64,000 nucleotides of DNA from an uncultured Acidimicrobiales bacterium. GTDB taxonomy: Bacteria; Actinomycetota; Acidimicrobiia; Acidimicrobiales; UBA10347. A program made the position numbers and the translations under genes. The notes under the pieces are model-generated. The model was not told the DNA's origin and did not search any database. It was given only the letters and a program-made list of their open reading frames with translations. The stretch is taken from NCBI GenBank assembly GCA_943788915.1, contig CALSSD010000002.1, positions 135,812 through 199,811 on the forward strand, read 5' to 3'. Each line of letters starts with the position of its first letter. Position 1 is the stretch's first letter. Of the stretch, positions 38,674 to 48,810 are shown in pieces.

Positions 38674-40320
38674 ATGACGCTAGTGAAGCCTGATCTCGTA
38701 CTCGACAATGCGAATGTGCTGACGGTGGACGGGTCGATGCCCCGAGCGGCGAGTATCGCGATCCTTGGTGACCGGATCGTGGGTGTCGGCGATCGGTATG
38801 CGTTCGCCACAACCGGTGCCCGCACGATCGATATGGACGGCCGGACGGTGGTGCCCGGCTTCAACGATGCTCACAATCACATGGGTGGCTACGGCGCCGC
38901 TCTGAACGAGGTTGCGATCCAACCGACCGTGGCTCGTTCTGTTGAAGAGATTGTCGACGCAATCGCCCGCCGGGCGGCCGAGACACCCGCTGGCGTGTGG
39001 GTTATCGGCACCGGCTACGACGACAACAAACTTGCCGAACGTCGACATCCGACCCGACAAGAACTCGACCGGGTTAGTCCCGACAACCCGGTGCTGTTGA
39101 ACCACACGTCTGGCCACTTCTGCGTGGTGAACACCGCGGCCATGCGACTCGCCCGGGTCGGCGAGGTCGAGGTACCTGAAGGGGGCGTGGTGGCGCTCGA
39201 CGAAAACGGCGAACCCAACGGCCTACTGGAAGAACAAGCCCAGACGCTGGCTCGCGGCCTGTTACATCCTCGGGCCATTGCCGACATGGTGCAGAATCTG
39301 GGGGCGGCTTCTGACAAGTATCTGAGCGAGGGCATCACCAGCTGCCAAGAGGCTGGGGTGGGTGGCATCTTGGGCACCAAGGAGCCACTTGAACTGGCGG
39401 CGTATCAGCAAGCTCGACGCGACGGGCGGCTGCGGGTGCGGGTCACGCTGATGCCGTCGGTCGAGACGTTGCACGCCACCGACCACCACGTCGACGACGA
39501 CGAACCGTTCGTGCTCGACCTTGGCCTGCATTCTGGTTTCGGCGATGACTGGCTCAAGTTCGGTGCAGTGAAAATCTTCGCCGACGGCTCATTGATCGGT
39601 CGCACCGCTGCGATGTTCGATGACTTCGAAGGTGAACCCGGCAACAACGGCTACTTCCAGATGGAAGAGACTCGGCTGCACGGTCTGATCATGAAGGCGC
39701 ACCGATCCGGCTGGCAAGTTGCCGTCCATGCCATTGGTGATCGGGCCGTGGCTTCGGTGCTCGACGGCTACACCGCCGCCCAACAGAAATACCCCCGTAC
39801 CAACACCCGCCATCGCATCGAACACTGTGGCATGACCCGGGCCGTGGATGTCGCCCGTATTGCCCAGCTGGGGGTGATCCCCGTGCCCCAAGCTCGTTTC
39901 ATCAGCGAGATCGGCGACGGTATGGCTCGCGCTATCGGCAGCCGCAAACCCGACTGTTACCGCATGCGCAGCTTCCTCGACGCTGGCATCGTGTTACCAG
40001 GTAGCTCGGATCGGCCTGTCGTCAACGGTGCTCCCCTACTCGGCATCCATGACCTAGTAAATCAATGCACCGCCGACGGCGAGCCATTTAATCCCCACGA
40101 AGCGCTCACCGCAGAACAAGCGCTACATGCCTACACACTCGGTTCGGCCTACGCCGCGTTCGACGAGAACAACAAGGGCTCAATCACCACTGGCAAACTC
40201 GCCGACCTGACCGTGCTCGACCGCGACATCACCACAACCGACCCTGCAGCGATCGACACGACCAAGGTCCTGGCCACTATGGTCGGAGGATCCTTCGAAT
40301 ACGGCACCTACGACTCGTAA
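38674..40320 (+). CDS. YtcJ-like amidohydrolase
   Basis: PGFNDAHNH, KIFADGSL, HAIGDRA, HRIEH, SSDRP, GKLAD; TACCGT-N6-ATG. Confidence 0.92.
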   Translation: MTLVKPDLVLDNANVLTVDGSMPRAASIAILGDRIVGVGDRYAFATTGARTIDMDGRTVVPGFNDAHNHMGGYGAALNEVAIQPTVARSVEEIVDAIARRAAETPAGVWVIGTGYDDNKLAERRHPTRQELDRVSPDNPVLLNHTSGHFCVVNTAAMRLARVGEVEVPEGGVVALDENGEPNGLLEEQAQTLARGLLHPRAIADMVQNLGAASDKYLSEGITSCQEAGVGGILGTKEPLELAAYQQARRDGRLRVRVTLMPSVETLHATDHHVDDDEPFVLDLGLHSGFGDDWLKFGAVKIFADGSLIGRTAAMFDDFEGEPGNNGYFQMEETRLHGLIMKAHRSGWQVAVHAIGDRAVASVLDGYTAAQQKYPRTNTRHRIEHCGMTRAVDVARIAQLGVIPVPQARFISEIGDGMARAIGSRKPDCYRMRSFLDAGIVLPGSSDRPVVNGAPLLGIHDLVNQCTADGEPFNPHEALTAEQALHAYTLGSAYAAFDENNKGSITTGKLADLTVLDRDITTTDPAAIDTTKVLATMVGGSFEYGTYDS

Positions 40321-40628
40321 CGCCGTCGTTCCCGGCTGATACAACGCTGCGCATTGGGACTTTTGGCCGTCGACTCCAGAAACGTTGCGCCTAACAATCT
40401 CTCCAGGCGGGGCCAGATCTCGCTCATGCTGATCGCCAGCGGCGCTGGACTCGTGGCGTTTGCAAAGCGTCGCCGTCGAGCAAGCTCTGCTTGTTAGAGG
40501 TTTGACAGCCGTTCGCACGAGTTTCTGCGATCTATCCTCCAGTCTTCTTGACAGCAATACACGCCGGTCTCGGAGCCGTCTTCAAAGACGCCTTTGGCGC
40601 CTATCAGTGCGCAACCTACGGTCGTGAT

Positions 40629-41070
40629 GTGACCGAAAAGGCTCTACGCACCATTGAAGACATTCGCAAGACCATCCTGAGCATGCCGTTCGCCCAATCC
40701 ATGCAACTATCCATAGATCAGGCCGGTGACGGCGTTGGCGTCGCATCCATGCCGCTGTCCGATGCCGTGAGCTTTCGACGGTGCTGCCTTTGCGGCCCTC
40801 GCTATAGGAACGGTCGCTGACATCGCCGCTGGTGCCGCCACGCTGGCCATGACACCACCCGATCAAATGGCGTACACCTCAGGAATCGACTCCACGATTA
40901 CTGCGAAGACGCAAGGTACGCGACTCTCGGCCCGCGCATCACTTCGAGAACGCCACGGGCAACGACTGATCTTCGATGCACTCGTGTGGGCCCACCCGGC
41001 CGACGGTGACCCTCGACAATGCGGCGAAGCCACGGTGACGATGCACATCACCCGCGCCCCTACACCCTGA
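40629..41070 (+). CDS. PaaI/hot-dog thioesterase-like protein, frameshifted near 40775
   Basis: MPFAQSMQLSI...SMPLSDAVSF joins IGTVADIAAGAA...CGEATVTM after removing one T; TACGGT-N6-GTG. Confidence 0.65.
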
Positions 41071-41094
41071 GGCCAAACGCACTGACCCCCGTCT

Positions 41095-41712
41095 TTAGGG
41101 CAAGCTCACGAACGCTCCAAGTGCAGAACGCAAGTCAAGGTCGGCGGGGCAATGCAATCCGACCATGCCGATGTCGGTCGCTCCAGCCACGTTCCATTCG
41201 AAATCGTCGATGAACAGCACCGTTGACGGCTCAACGATGCCCAGCCGCTGCATCGCCAGTTCATAGATCCCAGGCTCGGGTTTACGATGACCAACTCCTG
41301 CCGAGTCGATTACGATCTCGAACAGCCCCTCGGGCAGGCGGGGTAACCAGAACGGCTGCCATTCGGCAACATTGTTCGTCACCAGCCCGGTCCGTAGACC
41401 TTGCGCCTTGAGTTCTCCGACGAGAGCGAGCCGGTCGTCGATCAGTGACAGGTTCGCCATCACGTTGTGTGCGCCATCCATGGCGAACAATGAGCTGGCG
41501 CCCGGCACGAGCGCCTCTACCCCTGCGCAGAAGTCCACCAGGCTGATCTCACCTCGTTCCAGTTCATGCCATCGGTGCGGTTCAGTAGACGCCAACGCTG
41601 CCGCCATCTCCACGAACAAAGCGTCGGGGTCGTAGGGCACGTCGTCAGTTGGCATGTGCAGGCTGGTAGTCAGCACACCCGAGTAGTCAAACAGCACCGC
41701 CTCGATCACCAT
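41095..41712 (-). CDS. HAD-family phosphatase
   Basis: LFDYSGV, VTNN, RKPEP, FIDD. Confidence 0.9.
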   Translation of the reverse strand: MVIEAVLFDYSGVLTTSLHMPTDDVPYDPDALFVEMAAALASTEPHRWHELERGEISLVDFCAGVEALVPGASSLFAMDGAHNVMANLSLIDDRLALVGELKAQGLRTGLVTNNVAEWQPFWLPRLPEGLFEIVIDSAGVGHRKPEPGIYELAMQRLGIVEPSTVLFIDDFEWNVAGATDIGMVGLHCPADLDLRSALGAFVSLP

Positions 41713-41763
41713 CGGCGCAGCCTAGGCCCCACGACCGGACGGGTCCGAGGCACACATGGCTTG

Positions 41764-42594
41764 CTAGAGCTTGGTCGCATGGAGCGAGAATGCCGACGGC
41801 ACTTGTGAACGCAACGGCTCCGGCAGATACCAACCGTCGGCTTCCTTCACGCAACTCGGCGAATACTGCCACGGGAGCATTTTGTGTTCATCCAGTTGGT
41901 CGATACGCATGCCCGCGCCCACAAGCGCATTAATGATCTCCGGAAGCGAGTGATTCCATTCGTGATGGCGGGTGGACGCGATCGCTGTGCCTTCAGGGTT
42001 GTCGCTGTAGGTCTGGTCTTCGTCCCAGCTAAGCGGAGACTCCGGCGTGTACCAATACGGGAAGTGAGGCTGGATCTTGCCGTCGACCTCTTCGAAGATG
42101 AACAGGAACGGGTGCACATCCCGGATGTAGAACCGTCCGCCAGGTTCGAGCAGGCTGGCCACTGCGGCTGCCCACGCGTCCATATCGTGCAGCCAGCAGA
42201 TGGCGCCGATGCTGGTGTAAACGAAATCGACGGTGTGGCCGACGGCCTGAGGTGCGTCGTACACGCTGGCTTCAACGAAACGACTCGACGCTTCGGCACG
42301 TCGGATCAGCTTGCGGGCTTCAGCAATCGCTACCGGCGAGAAATCCACACCCACGACCGATGCTGCTCCGAGCCGTTCGAGTGAGAGTGTGTCGGTACCC
42401 ACATGGCATTGCAGATGGGCCACGCTCAGTCCGTCGAGCGAGCCAAAGCGCTCCAGATCGAACTCGACAACGTCGCTCGTGGCCCTCGGGTTCGTGGCGT
42501 ATTCGTCGATGCGGTACATCTCCGAACCAACGTGCACTTTGGCCCGATCGTCCCAGTTGTTGCGGTTGTCCTCGTAAAACTGTTCCGTCGCCAT
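41764..42594 (-). CDS. Class I SAM-dependent methyltransferase
   Basis: HLQCHVGTDTLS, GVDFS, YTSIGAICW, LEPGGRFY. Confidence 0.9.
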   Translation of the reverse strand: MATEQFYEDNRNNWDDRAKVHVGSEMYRIDEYATNPRATSDVVEFDLERFGSLDGLSVAHLQCHVGTDTLSLERLGAASVVGVDFSPVAIAEARKLIRRAEASSRFVEASVYDAPQAVGHTVDFVYTSIGAICWLHDMDAWAAAVASLLEPGGRFYIRDVHPFLFIFEEVDGKIQPHFPYWYTPESPLSWDEDQTYSDNPEGTAIASTRHHEWNHSLPEIINALVGAGMRIDQLDEHKMLPWQYSPSCVKEADGWYLPEPLRSQVPSAFSLHATKL

Positions 42595-42796
42595 TGCATC
42601 AGTTTGTCAGTATTCGCAGCCAGCGAACGTCACGTTTATGGTCACCGGCAATGGTTGACACCCGAGGCCACCGACGCGGTAGTGGCAACAATTCCCATAG
42701 TGTGCAAAAAGACCTGCCATTAGAACCATCGCCTGACAGTAGATGCGTTGGTAAGGTCAACAGGTTCATCGACAACCGACCAAGAAGTAGAAGAAC

Positions 42797-43024
42797 ATGC
42801 AAGGCGTAGTGAAGTCATTTGACCCAGCCACCAAAGATGGTGTGCTGATGTCCGACGTCGACTTCGCCGAGTTCGACCTCTCTCCGGTGGCCCTCGAGGG
42901 TTCCGTATTCCGCATGCTGCGCCAAGGCCAGCGAGTGGTATTCGACCTCGACGACAACGGCCGGGCGACCCATCTGCGACTTGGTTCCGAAATCGATATG
43001 GGCACACCAGACTTCTTGCAGTAA
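42797..43024 (+). CDS. Divergent cold-shock-domain-like protein
   Basis: MQGVVKSFDP...FRMLRQGQRVVFDL OB-fold pattern; canonical RNP1/RNP2 aromatics are absent. Confidence 0.7.
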   Translation: MQGVVKSFDPATKDGVLMSDVDFAEFDLSPVALEGSVFRMLRQGQRVVFDLDDNGRATHLRLGSEIDMGTPDFLQ

Positions 43025-43080
43025 CCCCTGCGAATACCCAAGACAATTACAAACCTGTTCCCGATCAAAGGCGCTCGGAA

Positions 43081-44754
43081 ATGACACTTACCCTCGATTC
43101 AACGACGGTTGCTGACCAACTCGCAACCAAGTTCGGACTCAACAATGTGCAGCTGCACTACGGATTGAGCCAGAACGAGTTGTTCCACGCAGCCATTGCG
43201 AACGACCGAGGGCGCATTTCGCTCGACGGCCCAAGCGATGCACAAAAGGCGTACGCAACATCGCTGGGCGAAGACGGCCCGCTCGTGTATTACGGCGACC
43301 CGACATGCACCGGCCGACCGGTACAGGACACCTTTGCTGTGGCGTGGCCTGAGCTCGTCGACGAGATCTGGTGGAAGCCAGACTTCAAACAGTTCGACCC
43401 CACCAAATACGAAGCCCTGCTGGCACGGGTCATCGATCATCTCAACACCAACAACGCCGAGTTGTACTCCACCGATGTGTTCTGCGGCTGGGATCCAAAG
43501 TTCGCCAAGCCATACCGCTTCGTCGGCGAGTATGCCACCCACGCATACTTCGCCAACATCATGTTCCCCAACAACGTCCGCGACGACATCGACCGCGCCG
43601 CCGACGGTTGGACCATGATCAACGTTCCTTCATTCCATTGCGACCCAGAGCGCGATGGCACCGCCAGCGAACGCGCCGTAATCATGGACATCAAGAACAA
43701 GATCGGTCTCGTTGTTGGACGTGCCGACTATTGCGGTGTGGTTAAAAAGACCATGTTCACCGTCATGAACTTTGCGTTGCCAGCCCAAGGCCAGCTCACC
43801 ATGCATTGCTCGGCCAATGTCGGCAGCGACGACGACTCAGCAATACTGTTCGGCCTGTCCGGCACCGGCAAGACCACGTTGTCGGCCGACCCCGACCGCC
43901 TCCTGATCGGCGACGACGAGCATGTATGGACCGACGACGGTGTCTCCAACTTCGAAGATGGTTGTTACGCCAAGCTGATCGACCTCGACAAAGAAAACGA
44001 ACCTGTCATCGCAGCGGCACTATCCATGGCCGGGACACTCATCGAGAACGTTCCGTCGCTACCGGGCAAACCACTAAGCGAAACCCATCCGCAGGAGCTC
44101 GATCTCTTTGACGGGTCGCTCACCGAGAACACTCGTTTCGCCTACCCACTGTCGTGTAACCCGAGCGTCGCCGAAGGTGCACGTGGTCCGCACCCCCAGA
44201 CCATCGTTTTGCTCACCGCCGACGCATTTGGCGTACTGCCCCCAATCTCGATGCTCAACGAGGAAGAGGTCATGTACCATTTCGTCATGGGCTTCACGTC
44301 CAAGCTGGCCGGCACCGAGGTCGGTGTTACCGAGCCACAACCTTCCTTTAGTTCATGTTTCGGCGCACCGTTTATGTCGCAGAAGCCCATGGTCTACGGC
44401 GAACTCCTCGCCCGCCGCATGGGTGACAACAAGGCCCGATGCATCTTGCTCAATACCGGCTGGACCGGTGGCGCCCATGGCACGGGCCAACGTATGTCGC
44501 TCGGCGCAACTCGCGCCTTGCTGAACGCTGCGCTTGCCGGCGAGCTCGACGACGTGGAGACCGAGGTCCACCCCATCTTGGGCTTGGCAATGCCCAAGTC
44601 AGCACGTGGCGTCGATCCATCGATCTTGAATCCCCGCAACACCTGGGAAGACAAGACGGCCTATGACACCGCTGCAACCAAGCTGCGCGACATGTTCCGA
44701 GCCAACTACGACTCCCAGGGATACGAGAAGCTCGGCATCCCCAACGTCATGTAA
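43081..44754 (+). CDS. pckA: Phosphoenolpyruvate carboxykinase (ATP)
   Basis: MHCSAN, FGLSGTGKTTLSADP, LIGDDEH, GCYAK, TENTR, ADAFGVLPP, CFGAPF, NTGW. Confidence 0.95.
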   Translation: MTLTLDSTTVADQLATKFGLNNVQLHYGLSQNELFHAAIANDRGRISLDGPSDAQKAYATSLGEDGPLVYYGDPTCTGRPVQDTFAVAWPELVDEIWWKPDFKQFDPTKYEALLARVIDHLNTNNAELYSTDVFCGWDPKFAKPYRFVGEYATHAYFANIMFPNNVRDDIDRAADGWTMINVPSFHCDPERDGTASERAVIMDIKNKIGLVVGRADYCGVVKKTMFTVMNFALPAQGQLTMHCSANVGSDDDSAILFGLSGTGKTTLSADPDRLLIGDDEHVWTDDGVSNFEDGCYAKLIDLDKENEPVIAAALSMAGTLIENVPSLPGKPLSETHPQELDLFDGSLTENTRFAYPLSCNPSVAEGARGPHPQTIVLLTADAFGVLPPISMLNEEEVMYHFVMGFTSKLAGTEVGVTEPQPSFSSCFGAPFMSQKPMVYGELLARRMGDNKARCILLNTGWTGGAHGTGQRMSLGATRALLNAALAGELDDVETEVHPILGLAMPKSARGVDPSILNPRNTWEDKTAYDTAATKLRDMFRANYDSQGYEKLGIPNVM

Positions 44755-44810
44755 TTCCGGCTCCACGCACATTTGGGACCAGGTGGTCCCGCCACCATCC
44801 GAAAAACGAA

Positions 44811-44842
44811 AGAGCCGACCAGCAGTTTTGCTGGTCGGCTCT
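44811..44842. terminator. Probable bidirectional intrinsic terminator between pckA and the cysteine synthase
   Basis: Perfect 14-bp stem AGAGCCGACCAGCA-GTTT-TGCTGGTCGGCTCT with an A-rich left flank and T-rich right flank. Confidence 0.85.
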
Positions 44843-44862
44843 GTTGTTGGTTTTGGTAGGTC

Positions 44863-45732
44863 TTAGAGGCCGTCGGCCCACGGGCTGCCTGACAGGTACT
44901 TCCAGCCGGCGTCCGGAAGCAAGGTCACGGCTGCACCGCCAAAGCGACTGAGGACTTCTTGTGCGGCATGGATGACCGCACCGCTCGACGTGCCGACGAA
45001 ATGGCCTTCGGCAGTCATGATCTCGCGAACCTTTTCGACCGCTTGCGTGTGGGTGACCTCCCACCTGTGGTTAACCAACGACAGGTTGGCCACAGGCGGC
45101 TGGAACGGGTCGTGCTGGCTGCGCATGCCCCCGATGGGATCAGCCAGAATTTCTTCGACCGAGTGCACCATAATGCCGTCGTATTCGCGGCGCATCCCTC
45201 GGCTTGCACCCGTAAGCGTGCCCCCCGTGCCATAGGCGGCAACCAGATGATCAGGCGGCACGTCGAGCGGCCAATCCCTGGCGATTTCAACCGTCGTGCC
45301 AAACTCATGCGCCGCAGGGTTCGCAGGGTTGCCGTACTGATAACACATGTGACCTTCGCCGGCAGCCACGAGTTCTTTGGCGTGGACGATCGCGTCGTTG
45401 GGACCCCCGTCGACTTCAATCAACTCGGCCCCGTAGGCACGCAGCAGTTGTTTACGCTCGTTACTCGCACGGCTTGGCAGGCAGATAACCGCTTTGTGGC
45501 CGTTGATCAGCGCAACACGAGCCAACCCGATGCCAGTATTTCCCGACGTTGCCTCGATGATGGGCATGCCGTCTGGCAAAAGGCCGTTCTTCTTGGCATC
45601 GTGGAACATGGTCCATGCCGGGCGGTCCTTGATCGACCCTGTCGGGTTGTACCACTCGAGCTTTGCAAACAACCTGGTACCGCTAGGTGCAAGATTGTGA
45701 AGCTCGACGAGGGGTGTGTTTCCAGGTTCCAT
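44863..45732 (-). CDS. PLP-dependent cysteine synthase family (CysM-like)
   Basis: GNTPLV, AKLEWYNPTGSIKDR, EATSGNTG, GTGGT, LPDAGWKYLS. Confidence 0.92.
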   Translation of the reverse strand: MEPGNTPLVELHNLAPSGTRLFAKLEWYNPTGSIKDRPAWTMFHDAKKNGLLPDGMPIIEATSGNTGIGLARVALINGHKAVICLPSRASNERKQLLRAYGAELIEVDGGPNDAIVHAKELVAAGEGHMCYQYGNPANPAAHEFGTTVEIARDWPLDVPPDHLVAAYGTGGTLTGASRGMRREYDGIMVHSVEEILADPIGGMRSQHDPFQPPVANLSLVNHRWEVTHTQAVEKVREIMTAEGHFVGTSSGAVIHAAQEVLSRFGGAAVTLLPDAGWKYLSGSPWADGL

Positions 45733-45762
45733 GATGTGCTGACCAACCGAGGTGCGAGGGCT

Positions 45763-45787
45763 ATTCCTGACTTACTTGGTCAGGTTA
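45763..45787. promoter_or_regulatory. Palindromic operator resembling Rrf2-family (IscR type 1) sites
   Basis: ATTCCTGAC-TTACTTG-GTCAGGTTA, about 30 nt upstream of the cysteine synthase start. Confidence 0.55.
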
Positions 45788-45892
45788 GTCGGGTACCCAA
45801 CTTAAAGACGACCCAAGAGGTCAGGTTAAAGGTCACAGTGAGGACGCGCGCCTACCGCCCGCCCGCCTACCTCGTCTGGCCAGCGCGTTTGT

Positions 45893-47179
45893 TTAAGCCG
45901 GTCGGACAGAAGCCAACCGATTCTCGAACCACGACTGGGCCATGAGCGCGCCGGCTGCGGCCATACCCATAAGCGACAAAATGTGATAGCCAGCGCCGCT
46001 CACAACAATGCCAGCCGTCAATGCTCCGATGCCGCTGGCGGCATTGGTCGCTAGGTCGGCTGCACCTTGCACCGCCACTCTGTCCGACTCAGCAACTGAC
46101 TCGGTGAGTAGTGCACTTCCTGCGACTACACCGAAGCTCCAACCGAGACCCAACAAGAACAAACCAGGAAATAGCAGCCCTCGAGGCGCTTCGCCTGCAA
46201 GTGCCGTGAGTGTGGTAGCGCCAACAAGCGTGAAGCCTGCCAGCACAATCGTCTGCACTCGGCCTATGCCGTCGGAGATACGGCCAGCGATCGGCGCAAA
46301 AGCAAACATGCCTGCGGTGTGCGCCGAGATGACGGCACCGATCCAGCCCTTGCTGTGGCCATGATCTTCCATGTGTAGTGGCGTCATGGCCATAACCATG
46401 ACCATGACGGCTTGAGAGATAACTAATGCAACGAATGCAAGCCGGGCGAGCGGGTGTGCCCATGCGATCGTGACAGCCTCACGGAACGGAACTGCCCGCT
46501 TCTTGACGGTCGCGTTTGGGTCGACGCCGCCACTGACGACCAACGGGTCGGGTCGCATAAAGAACCAGATCACGAGCGACGACAGGCCGAATAACACGAT
46601 CGCCAATAGGAAACCACCGGCATTGGAATCGAGTCCGAGTGACTCGGCGACGGTGCCAAGTCCGCCGATCAGGCTTGGTGCAAGCACCGCGCCAAATGTG
46701 GCAAAGAAGACCACCGAGCCAATGTCACGGCTGCGGGTCTTGTCCGATGCCAGGTCAGCTGCGGCATACCGCGACATGTTCGATGTACCGCTACCGACCC
46801 CGACCATGATCATGCCCAGCAGGAACAGCGGCAACAGGCTTGCTTGGATAGCCACGACACAGGTGATGGCACCGAGCACGGCAACACCAAGTCCAAGCGC
46901 GATGCCTGGTGTACGACCCCGGCGCTGCATAAACGCAGCGAGCCAACCAGCAGCCATAGCCGACCCCAGCGTGCTCGCTCCCGTGGACAAGCCTGCCCAG
47001 GTCTCAGAGCCGAGCATGTCCTTGATCGCCAGCACAGCCACCGGGAACGACGCGGACACCGCTCCCCTACTAAATGTTGAGCTAAGGCGCAGGACGCTCA
47101 ATGCCCGCTTGTGCGCAGCAAGAGTGTCGACCCCATCAATGACGATGGCCTCGGTCTCATACCCAAACGGGTTCTTCAT
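45893..47179 (-). CDS. MFS transporter
   Basis: About 12 hydrophobic segments, RRGR loop, RYAAADL, GRISDGIGR. Confidence 0.92.
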   Translation of the reverse strand: MKNPFGYETEAIVIDGVDTLAAHKRALSVLRLSSTFSRGAVSASFPVAVLAIKDMLGSETWAGLSTGASTLGSAMAAGWLAAFMQRRGRTPGIALGLGVAVLGAITCVVAIQASLLPLFLLGMIMVGVGSGTSNMSRYAAADLASDKTRSRDIGSVVFFATFGAVLAPSLIGGLGTVAESLGLDSNAGGFLLAIVLFGLSSLVIWFFMRPDPLVVSGGVDPNATVKKRAVPFREAVTIAWAHPLARLAFVALVISQAVMVMVMAMTPLHMEDHGHSKGWIGAVISAHTAGMFAFAPIAGRISDGIGRVQTIVLAGFTLVGATTLTALAGEAPRGLLFPGLFLLGLGWSFGVVAGSALLTESVAESDRVAVQGAADLATNAASGIGALTAGIVVSGAGYHILSLMGMAAAGALMAQSWFENRLASVRPA

Positions 47180-48132
47180 GCGTCGAGACCTGGGTTGTCA
47201 ACCGCGGCGAGGAAGTCGATCAGGATTTCATTGACCTGGTCGGGGGCTTCTTGCTGGACCCAATGGCCCGCTCCCTCGATCAGATGAATGCCCCGCAAGT
47301 CGGTGCACCAAGTGTTCATTGCCTGAACGCTAGACCCCAGCGCTCCGTCCGCGGTTGTTGCCACGAAGTCTTTCTGGCCAGCAATAAACGTGACCGGCAT
47401 GGTCAACTTTGCATGAGTCCACGGCCGACTGGCGACCCAGTTCTGATGCAGGTTGCGGTAATAGTTGATCGGGTTACCAAAGCCCGATCGGGTAAAGGCG
47501 CGGTAGTAGTTTTCGAATGCACCATCGCTGAGATACGGCGGCAATCCTGACGGCAGTGGATCACCTTGAGCCCAGTCATCGGGCAGAGCGCCGCACAACG
47601 TCCAATGCATACGACGCAGTGCTTCGATCGGGTCAGCCTCGAACACATCTTCGATGCCTTCATCCTGGAAAGCAAGCATGTACGCGAACGGCCCCTCGGG
47701 GTCCGTGGCCCGGATGTGGTCGATAATGCTTCGTTCACCTCGAGGGGTGTACGGCATGCTGAGCAATGCAATCCCACGAACGCGGTCCGGCCGAAATAAC
47801 CCAACCCACGGGGCGATGATCGCTCCCCAATCATGACCAACGATGACGGCGTCGTCGATTTCCTCGTGGTCGAGAAGTGCAATCACATCGCCGACCAATT
47901 CGGTCATGGCGTAGGCCGCCACTCCCTCGGGCTGATCACTCCATCCATACCCCCGCTGGTCGGGAGCGATGACCTGGTAACCAGCGTCAGCCAACACCGG
48001 AATCTGATGACGCCATGAATACGCAATCTCAGGAAATCCGTGAAGCAGAACAACTGCCGGACCCTGCCCATTACGGCTCACGGTCAACGACAGTTCGGGA
48101 AGGTCGGTCGGACTAACCCTGGTCGCAGCCAT
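47176..48132 (-). CDS. Epoxide hydrolase-like alpha/beta hydrolase
   Basis: HGFPE, PDQRGYG, GHDWG, NYYRN, GHWVQQE. Confidence 0.92.
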   Translation of the reverse strand: MAATRVSPTDLPELSLTVSRNGQGPAVVLLHGFPEIAYSWRHQIPVLADAGYQVIAPDQRGYGWSDQPEGVAAYAMTELVGDVIALLDHEEIDDAVIVGHDWGAIIAPWVGLFRPDRVRGIALLSMPYTPRGERSIIDHIRATDPEGPFAYMLAFQDEGIEDVFEADPIEALRRMHWTLCGALPDDWAQGDPLPSGLPPYLSDGAFENYYRAFTRSGFGNPINYYRNLHQNWVASRPWTHAKLTMPVTFIAGQKDFVATTADGALGSSVQAMNTWCTDLRGIHLIEGAGHWVQQEAPDQVNEILIDFLAAVDNPGLDA

Positions 48133-48154
48133 GATCAATCTCTCCGATCAGCTG

Positions 48155-48180
48155 GGAATAGGCAGGCCGGATGTGTCGTT
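48155..48180 (+). promoter_or_regulatory. SigR/SigH-type ECF promoter for hsp20
   Basis: GGAAT (48155-48159)-N18-GTT (48178-48180). Confidence 0.7.
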
Positions 48181-48227
48181 CTGAACGTTCGCACAACCTT
48201 GACTACCACACGAGGAGAACTCATCCA

Positions 48228-48698
48228 ATGTTGTTTCGTAGCACTGATCTGCTCAACGACTTCGAACGCCTTACCAAGGGACTGAATCTCGGCCCCGAAT
48301 TCGACCGAACGGTCGATGATCTATCCACCAAGTTCACCTCCACCTTTGCCGGGGCCCCGAACCTCGATGTGGTCCGTTCCGACGACCGCTTCGCACTCTT
48401 CATCGATCTACCTGGCGTGGATCCAAAATCGGTCGACGTGACCGTCGATGGGCGAACCCTGACTGTTTCGGCTACTCGAGAGTTTGAGATCGCCGAAGGC
48501 CATGAACACGTTCATGCCGGCCGACGCCACGGTGCGTTCAACCGATCGTTCAAGCTTGCAGACGACCTCGATGTCGACGGCATGTCTGCCAGGTCCGAAC
48601 ATGGCGTGTTGATCGTGACCATTCCAGTCATCGCCGCACCTCAGCCCCGCAAGATTCAGGTCGATGTCGACGTCAACAACGACGTTGTCAACGACTGA
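48228..48698 (+). CDS. Hsp20/alpha-crystallin small heat-shock protein
   Basis: DLPGVDP, GAFNRSFKL, HGVLIVTIP, PRKIQV; RBS GAGGAG. Confidence 0.93.
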   Translation: MLFRSTDLLNDFERLTKGLNLGPEFDRTVDDLSTKFTSTFAGAPNLDVVRSDDRFALFIDLPGVDPKSVDVTVDGRTLTVSATREFEIAEGHEHVHAGRRHGAFNRSFKLADDLDVDGMSARSEHGVLIVTIPVIAAPQPRKIQVDVDVNNDVVND

Positions 48699-48740
48699 AC
48701 CTTGCTCGAGATCCGGTTGTCCCCCACGACCGACCTCGCT

Positions 48741-48773
48741 CGACCCGGCCGGTCCTACTCACTGGTCGGGTCG
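48741..48773. terminator. GC-rich hairpin between convergent genes
   Basis: CGACCCGGCCGGT-CCTACTC-ACTGGTCGGGTCG. Confidence 0.55.
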
Positions 48774-48810
48774 CGGCGCGTCTGGGTTCGCGGTTCTGCG
48801 AGCGCCGGCT

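Noticed and set aside
40321-40560. attC-like site (GCCTAAC...GTTAGAG) or remnant of a TM plus basic tail (LMLIASGAGLVAFAKRRRR)
   Set aside because: The core site is imperfect, there is no integrase or second site, and there is no convincing start; too weak to call.
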